Shown here one piece after another: positions 24,721 through 36,358 of a stretch of DNA of 64,000 nt. Numbering within the stretch: position 1 is the first letter of the stretch; the number at the start of each line of letters is the position of its first letter. The DNA is from Nemertoderma westbladi. Taxonomy: Eukaryota; Animalia; Xenacoelomorpha. The stretch is from contig JAUCBJ010008237.1 of the NCBI GenBank assembly GCA_032718475.1, positions 1-64,000 of the forward strand, in the 5' to 3' direction. Made by a program: the position numbers and the translations under genes. Below the pieces are notes generated by a model. The model saw only the letters and a program-made list of their open reading frames with translations, was not told the DNA's origin and searched no databases.

Positions 24721-25599
24721 TCAGCCGAGAAGACCGGCCCTGTTCGACTGAGCGCTGCACTGAGCACTGCACGGACCAGCAGCGGCCTGCTCCCGATCCA
24801 AGCGCTCCAACCTCAGAGTCAAAACATTGATCTTCTCCAACAAATAGTCGATGACATCGGCCTGCTTCTCCAACACATCGCCCCGCAATCGACTAGCGCT
24901 CTGGTACTGAACCGCCATCGACTGCTCCAACTCCTCCTGCAGAATGTCGGGCAGTCGAGCCGAATGGTTGAACTGCATAACTCGCCGCAGGTACATCCCG
25001 ACATGCAGACTCGATAAAGCGTAGCCAAGTAGCAGAAGAAGGACAGAAACCGAATCCCTGATCCATACCCGGTCAGGGGGGATGAGAGCAGGCTGGAAGG
25101 TGTGGCACAACAGCACGGACACGAGAAGAGATATCGCAGAATAGAATGAGAACATCCTAAATGGGATGCACCGCAATCGAGATATATCCTTTACGAACCG
25201 CAAATAACCTTGTTCCCTAAGACTTTTGTGAGTGTTAGAAACATCCCAGTCCCATCCCAGGTAGCAGAGAAAGACGACTTCCAGCGTGAATAAATTCACG
25301 TCGAATCCCTCAACAATTACAATGTTATTTTGGAAAGGAGATAGGTAGAGTGCGCCTATTACACTAGCCAGTGTGAGTAGAGTGGTCACCATTAGTATGG
25401 AGGTGGAGCAGCATACTGTGCTTAGATACACATGGTCTGGAGTCTGCAGGTAGGACCGGTTATCCACCAGTAGTTCGTCGGAATTATCCGTGGCTCCGCT
25501 CGCGGTGAGCGAGTGAATATCGTCGAATAATATCGCGGTATTTCCACTGTGGGTTCGTCTCTGCCTGTCCTGGACGTTCGATAAACTCGTGTTTGGCAT
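24721..25599 (-). CDS. TMEM192: Transmembrane protein 192 homolog (lysosomal membrane protein), single coding exon, 292 aa
   Basis: Four hydrophobic segments and family motifs HKSLREQGYLRF..ISRLR, YLRRVMQFNHSARLPDILQEE, VLEKQADVIDYL..L..RL (human: HSKIRNRGY, KIRRFNKAKPEPDILEEE, IVEKQGDTIEYL). Confidence 0.88.
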   Translation of the reverse strand: MPNTSLSNVQDRQRRTHSGNTAILFDDIHSLTASGATDNSDELLVDNRSYLQTPDHVYLSTVCCSTSILMVTTLLTLASVIGALYLSPFQNNIVIVEGFDVNLFTLEVVFLCYLGWDWDVSNTHKSLREQGYLRFVKDISRLRCIPFRMFSFYSAISLLVSVLLCHTFQPALIPPDRVWIRDSVSVLLLLLGYALSSLHVGMYLRRVMQFNHSARLPDILQEELEQSMAVQYQSASRLRGDVLEKQADVIDYLLEKINVLTLRLERLDREQAAAGPCSAQCSAQSNRAGLLG

Positions 25600-25664
25600 T
25601 CTATTGGAAATTTATATTTATTGATGGAAAATCAGATAATAAGTAATATTTACAGCTGTGTAGA

Positions 25665-25968
25665 CGGGAATGTCGCGATTGGGGTACCGTACCTACAAAT
25701 TCAATAAATTTCTTAGATTTTTATATGACTTCAGGACTTAAGGTTAGCAGTTAGGGTTACCGTACATGTTTTAATTAAGGTTAACGCCTGAACCCAGGAA
25801 CCCTAACCGCAATACCGCAGTACTGCAATAATAAACAAATATACCCATAATACTGTAATACAATCCTCCATAGCCTCAAGAAATTTACTGTGCAATCTCG
25901 TAAATTAATAAAATTTTTGTATTGCATTTGTAGGTAGGCCTACCGTTACCCGAAACGTGACTGTACCG
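25665..25968. mobile_element. MITE-like element just upstream of TMEM192
   Basis: Imperfect long terminal inverted repeats (CGGGAATGTCGC...TACCTACAAAT / ATTTGTAGGTA...GTGACTGTACCG) flanked by 6-bp direct repeat TGTAGA. Confidence 0.6.
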
Positions 25969-26619
25969 TGTAGACGAATATAACGGTATTATATTAAAGT
26001 ATTATATTACAGTACCAGAGTACAGCAGTATAACATATTACAGTGTTGCAGTGGGTATATTACAGTACCAGTACATCAAAACAGCAACAGCAGTACAGCA
26101 TCAGTCAGTCTACATACAAATCAACAAAGGTTAGGGCCATATCCTCTGCCTATTCACCTACGCATCAGCTGATGGGTTGATATCTATCTAATCAATAATA
26201 TTTCGATTTCATATTTCGTCTCAAAGGCAGTGATTTTTTATGTCCTTTTATTTGACTTTTTTTGTCCTTCTTTTTTTACGAATTGTGCATGACTTTTGTT
26301 GTCCTTTTAATGACTTTTATTGTCCTTTTAATGACTTTTTATGTATGTATTTCTTCAAACTGTCAGACTGCTGGTTTCTGGACTGTCAGACAGTTGATTT
26401 CAACATGCCTATGCCAAAACATTCAAAATTTGTTGATTTCTGGTCTGTCGGACAGTTGGTTTCACTATGCCTGTGCCAAAACATTCAAAATTCAATGATT
26501 TATAGACTATGAGATAGAATTCCATATGCGCCTGTGGTAAAAGACTAAATTTAATAGTTTGTGGTTGTTGTCGATAATCGATTACCACATGACGTAGCAA
26601 AACACTCATTTTATTGCCA

Positions 26620-27160
26620 AAAACAATTACCAATTGATGGAAAGGAGCAGGTTAAGGCCGGATTTTCTAACCAAAACAATAAACAGTCACTTTACCAAAT
26701 CAGGGAAAGGAGCAGGTTACAGAGGCGGGATTTTCTAACCAAAACAATAAACGATCATTTAACTAATTGAGGGAAAGGAGCAGATTACAGAGACGGGATT
26801 TTCTAACCAAAACAATAAACAGTCACTTTACCAAATCAGGGAAAGGAGCAGGTTACAGAGACGGGATTTTCTAACCAAAACAATAAACGATAACATTACC
26901 AATTGAGAGAAAGGAGCAGGTTACAGAGGCGGGATTTCCTAACCAAAACAATAAACGATCACTTAATTAATTGAGGGAAAGGGGTAGGTTACAGAGGCGG
27001 GATTTTCTAACCAAAACAATAAACAGTCACTTTACAAAATGAAGGAAAGGAGCAGGTTAGAGAGGCGGGCCTTTCTAACCAAAACAATAAACGGTCACTT
27101 TACCAAATCAGGCAAATGAGCAGGTTACAGATGAGGCGGGATTTTCCAACCAAAACAACC
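26620..27160 (+). repeat. ~68-bp minisatellite, ~8 copies
   Basis: Unit GGGAAAGGAGCAGGTTACAGAGGCGGGATTTTCTAACCAAAACAATAAACAGTCACTTTACCAAATCA; a lone monomer occurs at ~60763-60812. Confidence 0.93.
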
Positions 27161-28057
27161 GGTCAGCCGGTAGGCCTACCAGTACCGTATTTAAATGGTA
27201 GGCTACACAGTAGGCCTACAGCAGTACCGGTGCCGGTACCGGTACTAAAATACAGAAATGCCTGCTTTATACCTACATCTGTACATACAATACAGCAAAA
27301 TAGTGCTATATATACTAATACCGGTACTGATAGCCTGAGAGAACAGCAGTAGAGAAACCGGTAGCATGGAACCTAACATTAGATTTTTGGAGGACATAAA
27401 AAATAAAAAAAAAGGACAAAAAAAGGATTTAAACGAACAATAAAAATTATTGCGCAATTTAAAGGGGAGTCAATCTAGCCGAAAAAGGGGGTCAACCCAT
27501 AACAAATTCGCAATTCCTCCAAACCAATTTTTTTTATTCCACATTACCTTGTTAATAACCCCAAAAAATTCTATAAAAATATATTATACGGATCACCTTC
27601 AATTTCCTGTTTCTTTCCTTAGCAGCATGGATTTTACATAGCAACAAGGGGGTCTACTGGTGGGATTTTCTCAAAATTTGGTACAGACAAACTTTGCTCT
27701 AATGATTATCGATTGACAGAAGTATATGCACTTCTACATAGTTACCAATTTAGTTTCCAGAGCAACGGAAATTTGTCTAATAATTTAACCATTTCAATAC
27801 CAATTTTGCTGGTACAACATAAGGACCTTATTTACACAACTTCTATACTAAACGGGTGGATGTAACCTCGACCATCGAATTTGTCGACCTCAAAAAACCT
27901 GTATCCCCAAAAAATTTATTTGTTATATGATAAACTATTGTGTTTTTCAAACAAAAACAAATAAATAACCCAAATAAATAAATTACACCTAAAATCAATA
28001 GAGCAATCACAATTTAATTATGTGAAAAATCTTCACTAACATTAATGGAAATTATGA

Positions 28058-29066
28058 CAGCCCAACACAACCTCCGGCTATGGAAGCATGCAAAATCAGA
28101 AGAAGTACATGATAATTTGATGCACAGTTTTACGCCAGAAAGGATCAGAACAATCCAACGGGCTGCTTCGGAACGCACATCAGGCTGGCTTACGGTTGCC
28201 CCAGTTGCACGCAACCACTTTGATTTGTCTGCCAACGAATTCAGAGATGGTTTGTCCCTCCGGTATGGACGCCCTCTAGTGGGAGCGCCCGCAAGGTGTG
28301 ACGGATGCGGCGATGCGTTTTCATTAACACATGCACTCGACTGCAAAAAGGGGGGCTTGGTGACTCTACGCCATAACGAGGTTAGGGACACCCAGGGGGA
28401 CCTGTTCGGTTTGGCATTCCCAGAGTCTTGCATCATGAGGGAGCCAGTGATCCGGGAGGCAAATGAGAAGAATGGTGTGGTGGGTCTGCGGGCTGATCTT
28501 TCAGTGAGAGGTTACTGGCAGCCACAGAGAAGGGCGTTATTTGATGTCCGGGTCGTTGACCCTGACGCCCCTTCGTATGTGGCTCGCTCCATATCATCCA
28601 TACTAATTGACGCGGAGACTCAGAAAAAGTCTAAATATCATGACGCCTGCACCCTTCGCCAATCAGATTTTACCCCGCTCGTGGTGTCGGTGGATGGTGT
28701 TCTCGGCCCAGAGTAATCCATGACACTGAAGAGACTGGCTGACAGGCTGTCAACGAAATGGATGAAGCCCTACAGCTGTGTCATGGGTTGGGTGAGGGCA
28801 CGTCTGTCATTCGGCGTCCTAAGAGCTACGTGCGCCTGCTTCAGATCCTCTCGCACCAAATGGCGCAGCATTGGGGTTGACGATGGTGCCGGAATTCCTC
28901 TAGGAATCTAACTCAATCCGACCCCGGACTTAAACGTTTCCCTAATGAACTTACTTCTCGTATATATTTAGATTTATGATTATTATGATGATTATTTTAT
29001 AAGATTATTATCCTCTCCTTGTGTATTGGTCTATAATAGAATTGTTAAATATAATGCAATAGGCCA
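28058..29066 (+). mobile_element. 5'-truncated non-LTR retrotransposon with C-terminal restriction-like endonuclease (CRE-like clade)
   Basis: SGWLT..P, EFRDGLSLRYG, CDGC..HALDC zinc knuckle, RHNEVRD, RADL, FDVRV, E..KKSKY, FTPLVVSVDG; in-frame TAA at 28714-28716, frame continues to 28911; 15-bp TSD TAATGGAAATTATGA (28043-28057, 29067-29081). Confidence 0.85.
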
Positions 29067-29382
29067 TAATGGAAATTATGAAATTTCCTTGCAGTTGAAT
29101 TGTATAATTTTTTTGACAACGGTTACCTTAATATATCGTGAAGTTTTTCATATATTTAAAAGTTAGATGCGACTTCTAGTTTCCGAGATTATCAATTAAT
29201 GTGTAACACGCCAGTGTAAATATTACTAATTTCCCATTGAATCACAGCTTATTGTGAAATTAATTAAATCATTCTGGAACATCACCAATTTGCTACTTAC
29301 TTTTCCCTACTGTTCCTTTTGTTTGGCTTGTGTTATGCAAATTTACGCAGAATTTCCATGAATAGACTTTTTTTGGTCATTA

Positions 29383-30075
29383 CTACTAGTATCGGCATGC
29401 TGCATTGCAGCTGCATTTTTAAGAATGCTGTGCCGGCTTGTCGACAAAATTGCGCCGCCACAACTCCCTATCACCCATGACATTTGCTAGATCATCGGCA
29501 TCTTCAAGGCCAGTGTCCTTTAAGATGCGTCTCAAGAAAGTCATGGGCTGTCCACCATGCTTATTCACTCCACGAGGCTGCCAAAGTACAAGATTATGCA
29601 CTGGCTGGTCCTCACGGCGAAAGCAATGTCCTGCAAAGCGGAGGCGATTTTGTTCTAGTGTCAAGCTTGGGGGAACCAATGAGACACCTCCAATGTTATA
29701 TAGTGTCTGGTTGGAAACGTGTGCATTGTACTTGACACAATGAACCCGGCGTAGCATTCTTGTAAATGTGCCATCCAGAGATTTGGTGTCCTCAGCAGTT
29801 AGAGCCCAGCATGGACTCCCATAGAGGAGTACTGGAACTAATACTGCTCTAAATAATCGGACCTTAAGTTTCCGATTAATTCTCGGTGACTTCCAAATCC
29901 TGGAAAGCCTATTCAAGGCTGCCCATGCCTTTCCCTTACGTATTCGAAGGTCCTCACCTGACTTCCGGATCCATGATCCCAGGTAACAGAAGTCGTCCAC
30001 ATGCTCAAGCATACCATCCTTTGAGCTTATGCTCATCCGATCAGAGACTTGCTGAGGACTTTCAATGTTTTATAA
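29383..30075 (-). mobile_element. 5'-truncated RTE-like LINE, copy 1
   Basis: RT C-terminus VDDFCYLGSWI...LKVRLFRA..PVLLYG..W...[14 protein letters not shown]; (TAG)n-type tail; 12-bp TSD TTTTGGTCATTA (29371-29382, 30076-30087). Confidence 0.9.
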
Positions 30076-30624
30076 TTTTGGTCATTAATGAGGTAATATA
30101 GAATCGAAAATGTGTGGTTCTGATTGATTGCGAAATACTTATGGGTTTTTTGCTAGATTGACTCAACTATTAGGGAAATAGAACAGGTTACAGTTTTATT
30201 TTTGAGAGTATATAATTAGCTGTTATTAGCTTCTATTTCCCCCCTGGAGATTGATTTTTTAATGCGTCGAAAGTACCCATCCATTCTGGCTGTTTGAGCA
30301 CTAGTTCTGTAGACTGTCCTGACACTAATTTTCATATTCATTTAACTATTCTAAGTCTCAAACCACTAAAACCAATCGTAAATAATTTCTAAAATTTTTA
30401 ACAAAGCTCTAATTTGTAAAAAATGAAATATTAAAAACCTATTATATTCTTAAAATGTAACTCTTTCGCAAGAAGAGCCCCCAAAATCGTGAGAAATCTT
30501 TTTTCCCCCATTGATAAAAGTAAGGATTACGTAAATATTTACTATATAGTCAAATAAATAATATTCCAGAATATGAGATTATTTAACATGTGTGAAAAAG
30601 TGTTGAAAAACATATACATAATCA

Positions 30625-30816
30625 AAAATATCGATCGCGATGTTCACAAAATATCGAGAGTAAAAATATAGAGAGTTGAAAAAACATCGAGAGTAAAAAT
30701 ATCGAGTGTTTAAAAATATCTAGAGTAAGAATATCGAGTGTTGAAAAATATCTAGAGTAAAAATATCGAGAGTAAAAATATTGATGAGAGTATAAATATC
30801 GAGTGTTGAAAAATAT
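30625..30816 (-). repeat. 15/16-bp minisatellite arm (AAAAATATCGAGAGT / AAAAATATCGAGTGTTG)
   Basis: Reverse complement of the array at 32848-33212. Confidence 0.9.
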
Positions 30817-30864
30817 TGTAATCGATTTTTCGCGCTTTCATATGCTAGACAAAAAAAATACACT

Positions 30865-32805
30865 CCCACAGGCCCACAGGACGACAATCCATTGTCCGTA
30901 GAGGACGAGGTTGTGGTAGGATGAGAGTCCATCATGTAGGGACCAGTAGGGTTGGACGCCCGGGAGTTGGTATGATGCTGATGGGAATCCAGAGCCAACA
31001 GCGTTGAGGAGATCGACATAACTGGAATCGGTCCGAGCTGTTGCAGCCAATGATTGGAGGAGGAGATCGGGGTGGTTACCATCCAGATCGAGTTTATCCT
31101 TCATAATCGTTGCGGCCACCTGTGATGCAACCACACACAGATAGTGGCCTATGTCTCCGTCGTCGACGAGGTCATCACAGGATGGGTCATCAACCAGCGA
31201 ACAGGATAGGGCATCAGGAATCTAGTGATCATCCCCCTGCCTCCAGATGGTGGTAAACACGAAGGAGGAGAGTTTTGACTTGAGTCGCTGGATCCGCGAG
31301 TTATCATTGGCATCCAGCGTCTGGCGGTCGAGGATGGATTGGATACCAGTGGCTAGTGGTCTACCATCAGCATGAAATGTGGGAGGCCCATGAGGTAGAG
31401 GCGGCACTTGTGGGCGGCCCATGAGGTAGAGGCGGCACTTGTGGGCGGCCCATGCGACGGCAAGGAGCTCCAGCTCCACCATCGCTCGGTTTCTGAAATA
31501 AACCGAGAGCCGCACTCTACCAGCCTCCAGTCGGCCCCGTGCCACTGGAGGAGCATGTATCCCAACCAATTCTTCCGCGATGCATCCATCTCGAGCTTCA
31601 TGTCGAAATCGGGTTCGAAAGAAGCGAGGATGGGTGGGGTGCTCATTTGGTCACCTCGAACGCCGCCTCATGGTCTGAATTCCATGTGTATGGACTTCTG
31701 GAACGGAGGAGGGGGCGGAGGGGGGACATAGTGGCTCCGATGTCCATTGAGAATGGGGCGAGTTGCTCAACCAACCCAACAAAGCTACATAAGTCTGTGA
31801 TGTTGGTTGGTCGAGGGAACCCCGCTAGGGCACAAACCTTAGCCGGGTCCACACGGATCCTGTCTGGCCCAACAAGGTAGCCCGCGAACTTTACCTCGGG
31901 TTGGGCGAGCTGAATCTTGTCGGGCTTAAGGGAGACTCCAGCAGTGTGGCAGCATTGGAGGAACTGCCGGACACTGGTGATATGGTCGTCGATATTGTCG
32001 CTAAAGAGAAGGACGTCATCAACGACTTTCACCATGCCCGGGAGTCCATGCAACACATCGTTACCCCGGCGATTGAACTCATCCCCGCTCGATATGAGTC
32101 CCATCACACTCCTCTTATACTTGTAACGTCCCCAGGGTGTCACAAATTTGGTGAGGAGTTGGGATGCTGGGTCGAGGGGGACCTGCCAATAGCCGGCAGC
32201 GGCGTTAAACACCAAGAATATCTTTGCCGTCATAGATATTCCCATAACCACCACCCGCGAACTGGGGGTGGGGTAATACAGCCACTTAACCTGATCGTTC
32301 AGGTTGCGAAGGTTGATGCAAACCCGTAGTTTCCCATTGGGTTTACACGCGAAGGTGAGTGGATGGGCCCAGTCTGTGGGTTCAGTGACCTGCTCAATTG
32401 AGGAATGGTGTGGCGCCATCCCTCAACTCGATGTGCATCGGTTCGCCGGCCATGGTGCCAAGTGGTCGATCAGTGTCGTCGAATACATCGGTGAAATCAT
32501 CGAGGAGGTTTGAGCATAGTTGATCCGTACCGGTAGGTGTTGTAACGGATGCTAAAGAGACGATGGGTTGGGGGAAGTTTGTATGGGGGAGTCTTAGGTC
32601 GACGAGTGCCTGGTAGGAGAGGATGAGACTGTCAACTTCCGGTGAAACGCCGATATTTACGATCGCAGAGTTCCCTCCGAATAAAAATCGGGTGGAGAAA
32701 ACTCCCACGATTTCCAATGGAAGATCGTTGGTGGCGAGAAGATCCGTCCGTGGTGGGGTGAGGGGTAAGGTCCTGGTTGCGGCCCCCTATGCGGTGGTAA
32801 ATGTC
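30865..32805 (-). pseudogene. pol: Degenerate Ty3/Gypsy pol fragment (RT + RNase H, start of integrase region), no LTRs
   Basis: LRVCINLRNLN, AGYWQVPLD, TPWGRYKY, KVVDDVL, KFAGYLV, EMDASR, ELELLAVAWA, RIQRLKSKL spread over frameshifted ORFs; 31-bp tandem duplication at 31385-31446. Confidence 0.9.
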
Positions 32806-32847
32806 CTAAACATTTTTAGGAAAGAATTATCGTACAACCCTTATTAA

Positions 32848-33212
32848 ATATTTTTACTCTCGATTTTTTTGAACACTCGATATTTTTACTCTCGATATAT
32901 TTCAACACTAGATATTTTTACTCTCGATATTTTTCAATACTCGATATTTTTACTCTCGATATTTTTACTCTCGATATTTTTACTCTCGATATTTTTACTC
33001 TCGATATTTTTCAATACTCGATATTTTTACTCTCGATATTTTTACTCTCGATATTTTTACTCTCGATATTTTTACTCTCGATATTTATACTCGATATTTT
33101 TCAACACTCGATATTTTTGCTCTCGATATTTTTACTCTCGATATTTTTACTCTCGATATTTTTACTCTCGATATTTATACTCGATATTTTTCCACACTAG
33201 ATATTTTTACTC
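32848..33212 (+). repeat. 15/16-bp minisatellite arm (ACTCTCGATATTTTT / CAACACTCGATATTTTT)
   Basis: Direct observation of the tandem units. Confidence 0.93.
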
Positions 33213-33746
33213 TAAAAGAAGTCAACAAAGATAACAACCAGATGTCTGTCTTCCATTGTTGACAAACTCTTCAATTATCCTTCTATCCCAGAATGGGCAC
33301 CATAGAAACTTTTACGGAAGTCGTTCTGGTTCGCACGTAACAGTCTCTCAACAGGCAGTATCCATGTTGTGATTCAATATAATTATATTATATAACTTTG
33401 CAGCAATCGAGATCAACGAGATTCCATGAAAAGATCCATAAAGTGTTAGGTTTTACTTCTGAACTGACACCAACATATTTACTTTCATTTCTTGCGGGCT
33501 TCTCTTAGATTTATAGTATAGATAATACAGGTATATTCTTAGATTCAAACACTCAGGTATTTTAATGACGTAATGGCTACTTCAGATAAACAGAATAGTG
33601 CATATTAAGGGCATGTGATGCAGTCTTAACTGCATCATCCATCCTTGGCTGTCGTAGTGTGTCCGAGCAGGTGGACCTCATTCTGCGCCTTAGAGAGGAC
33701 CTTTCAGACACCTAATTCTGTGGTCAGTCCAGGGGGCCTTTTTTTC

Positions 33747-35605
33747 GGTAATGGTGAAAAATATCGAGACTTAAAAAATATCGAGAGTTGAAATGACGAG
33801 AGTAAAAATATCGAGAGTAAAAATAACGAGAGAAAAATATTGAGAGTTGAAATGACGAGAGTAAAAATATCGAGAGTAAAAATAACGAGTGTTTAAAATG
33901 AACGTGATTAAAAAATATCGAGAGTAAAAATAACGCGAGATGAAAAATATCGAAAATAACGAGTGTTGAAAAATATCGAGTGTTGAAAAATATCGAGAGT
34001 ACAAATATCGAGTGTTGAAAAATATCGAGTGTTGAAAAATATCGAGAGTAAAAATATCGAGAGTGAAAATATCGAGTGTTGAAAAATATCGAAAGTAAAA
34101 ATATCGAGAGTAAAAATATAGAGTGTTGAAAAATAATGAGTGTTGAAAAATATATCGAGTGTAAAAATATTGCATTTTGCTTGAGCATTTTATTTAGAAT
34201 TATGGAAGAATATTGCAGTGCACGGATTACAACAGTGCAAATGCAAGCATGGAATACTAATTATAGAGTCTTCTATATCTAGTATTCCATGGTGCAAGTG
34301 AATGGCATTATTAATACACCTTGGGTTATCAGATTTTGATACTTGATACTCAGATACTTGATTTACCAGATTTATTATACTAGCTAGTTTTTGCTATTTT
34401 TTAAATAAATATTATAGAAGAAGTGCTAGCTATAAATTAAAATAAATATTTTGTTCTAGAACACATTTTTTGTTCTAGAACACATTTTTAATTTTTTTAA
34501 ATAGCTAGTATTTTCTACTTCTTTTTATAAATGTTATAGAACACGTGTAAGCTACCAAATGTTGATAAATAGTTTTGTTCTAGAACACTTTTTTTTTGTT
34601 CTAGAACATTTTTAGGAAAAAAAATTATAATACAACCCTTATTTAAAAAAATTGTTACTAACGATATTTTTACTCTCAATATTTTTCAACACTCGATATT
34701 TTTACTCTCGATATTTTTCAACACTCGATATTTTTCAACACTCGATATTTTTCAACACTCGATATTTTTACTCTCGATATTTTTCAACACTCGATAGTTT
34801 TACTCTCAATATTTTTCAACACTCGATTTTTTTACTCTCGATATTTATACTCGACATTTTTCAACACTCGATATTTTTCAACACTCGATAGTTTTACTCT
34901 CGATATTTTTCAACACTCGATATTTTTACTCTCGATATTTTTCAACACTCGATATTTTACTCTCGATATTTTTCAACACTCGATATTTTTACTCTCGATA
35001 TTTTTCAACACTCGATATTTTACTCTCGATATTTTTCAACACTCGATATTTTTACTCTCGATATTTTTCAACACTCGATATTTTACTCTCGATATTTTTA
35101 AACTCTCGATATTTTTACTCTCGATAGTTTTACACTCGATATTTTTACTCTCGATATTTTTACTCTCGATATTTTTCAACACTCGATATTTTTACTCTCG
35201 ATATTTTTACTCTCGATATTTTTCAACACTCGATATTTTACTCTCGATATTTTTCAACACTCGATATTTTTACTCTCGATATTTTTCAACACTCGATATT
35301 TTACTCTCGATATTTTTCAACACTCGATATTTTTACTCTCGATATTTTTACCCTAGATATTTTTACTCTCGATATTTTTACTCTCGATATTTTTCAACAC
35401 TCGATATTTTTACTCTCGATATTTTTACTCTCGATATTTTTCAACACTCGATATTTTTACTCTCGACATTTTTCAACACTCAATATTTTTACTCTCGATA
35501 TTTTTGAACTCTCGATATTATCGTTATTTTTCAACACTCGATGTTTTTACTCGCGTTATTTTTACTCTCGATATTTTTCATGTCTCGATATTTTTCAATA
35601 TAACC
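33747..35605. mobile_element. Foldback-like element with inverted minisatellite arms (33747-34170 and 34655-35605)
   Basis: Ends GGTAATGGTGAAAAATATCGAGAC ... GTCTCGATATTTTTCAATATAACC are inverted; flanked by near-duplicated CTTTTTT(T)C; arms built from CTCGATATTTTT units. Confidence 0.75.
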
Positions 35606-35861
35606 CTTTTTTCTGTTCCGTGGCACACAGGAACTGTTTCTGCAGCTTCTAACTTTGGGAGGCAGCATAGCCCCCGTTTCGGGACGCCTGGAAGGTTCTC
35701 TATCCCACTGTTCATCTCTCGACTTACAGTAGTAGAAGTATAAAAATGGTCTTTAGTTGCATTAACTTAAAAACTGCACAGGCGATACAACGGCACTTCA
35801 ACTTTCAGATCTCTTCTTTCGAAAGTTTCATAGTTAAACAAGCTTGCCAGACGAGAGCTGA

Positions 35862-36358
35862 CAATAATGGACGGATCCATTGCTACAATATTGTTGTAAT
35901 AAATTACGCGCCTATGCAGGGCAGCCTAATAACTAAAAATGCAAAACGAAACATTGGGTGAAGTACACAATAGTATATTGTATGTTAAAAAAACACTATT
36001 TGTTAGAAACGTATCTTCTACAATTCTGAACGAATTAAAGCGATATTTTGCAGAAAGCATGTCCAATAGATGCTCCCTATGGGGTGTCGACAGAATTTTT
36101 ATTGAGTGAATTATACGATTATGATCGGTAATTCTATAATTAATTGCACTGTTGCTAGGCAACCAACAGGTCCCTAGCAACCAAAACCTTGCATTCACAA
36201 CTAGGTCCGATAATGAACCTATCATCAAAGTTTCATATAATTCCATCAACATAAGTGTAAGAAGTTGTGTGTACAAACAAACAAACAAACAAACACACAA
36301 ACAAACAAACACGCGTGATAAATAAGGACATCCATGATGGATCCGTCCAATATTATTG
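35862..36358 (+). mobile_element. Helentron/HINE-like non-autonomous element with (ACAA)n microsatellite
   Basis: Subterminal inverted repeat GGACGGATCCAT / ATGGATCCGTCC, 3' stem-loop GGACATCCATGATGGATCCGTCC, core CAAAGTTTCAT and (ACAA)n at ~36272-36310. Confidence 0.65.

Noticed and set aside
32869-35743. ORFs of type SRYFYSRYF / LDIFTLDIF
   Set aside because: Translations of the 15/16-bp minisatellite.
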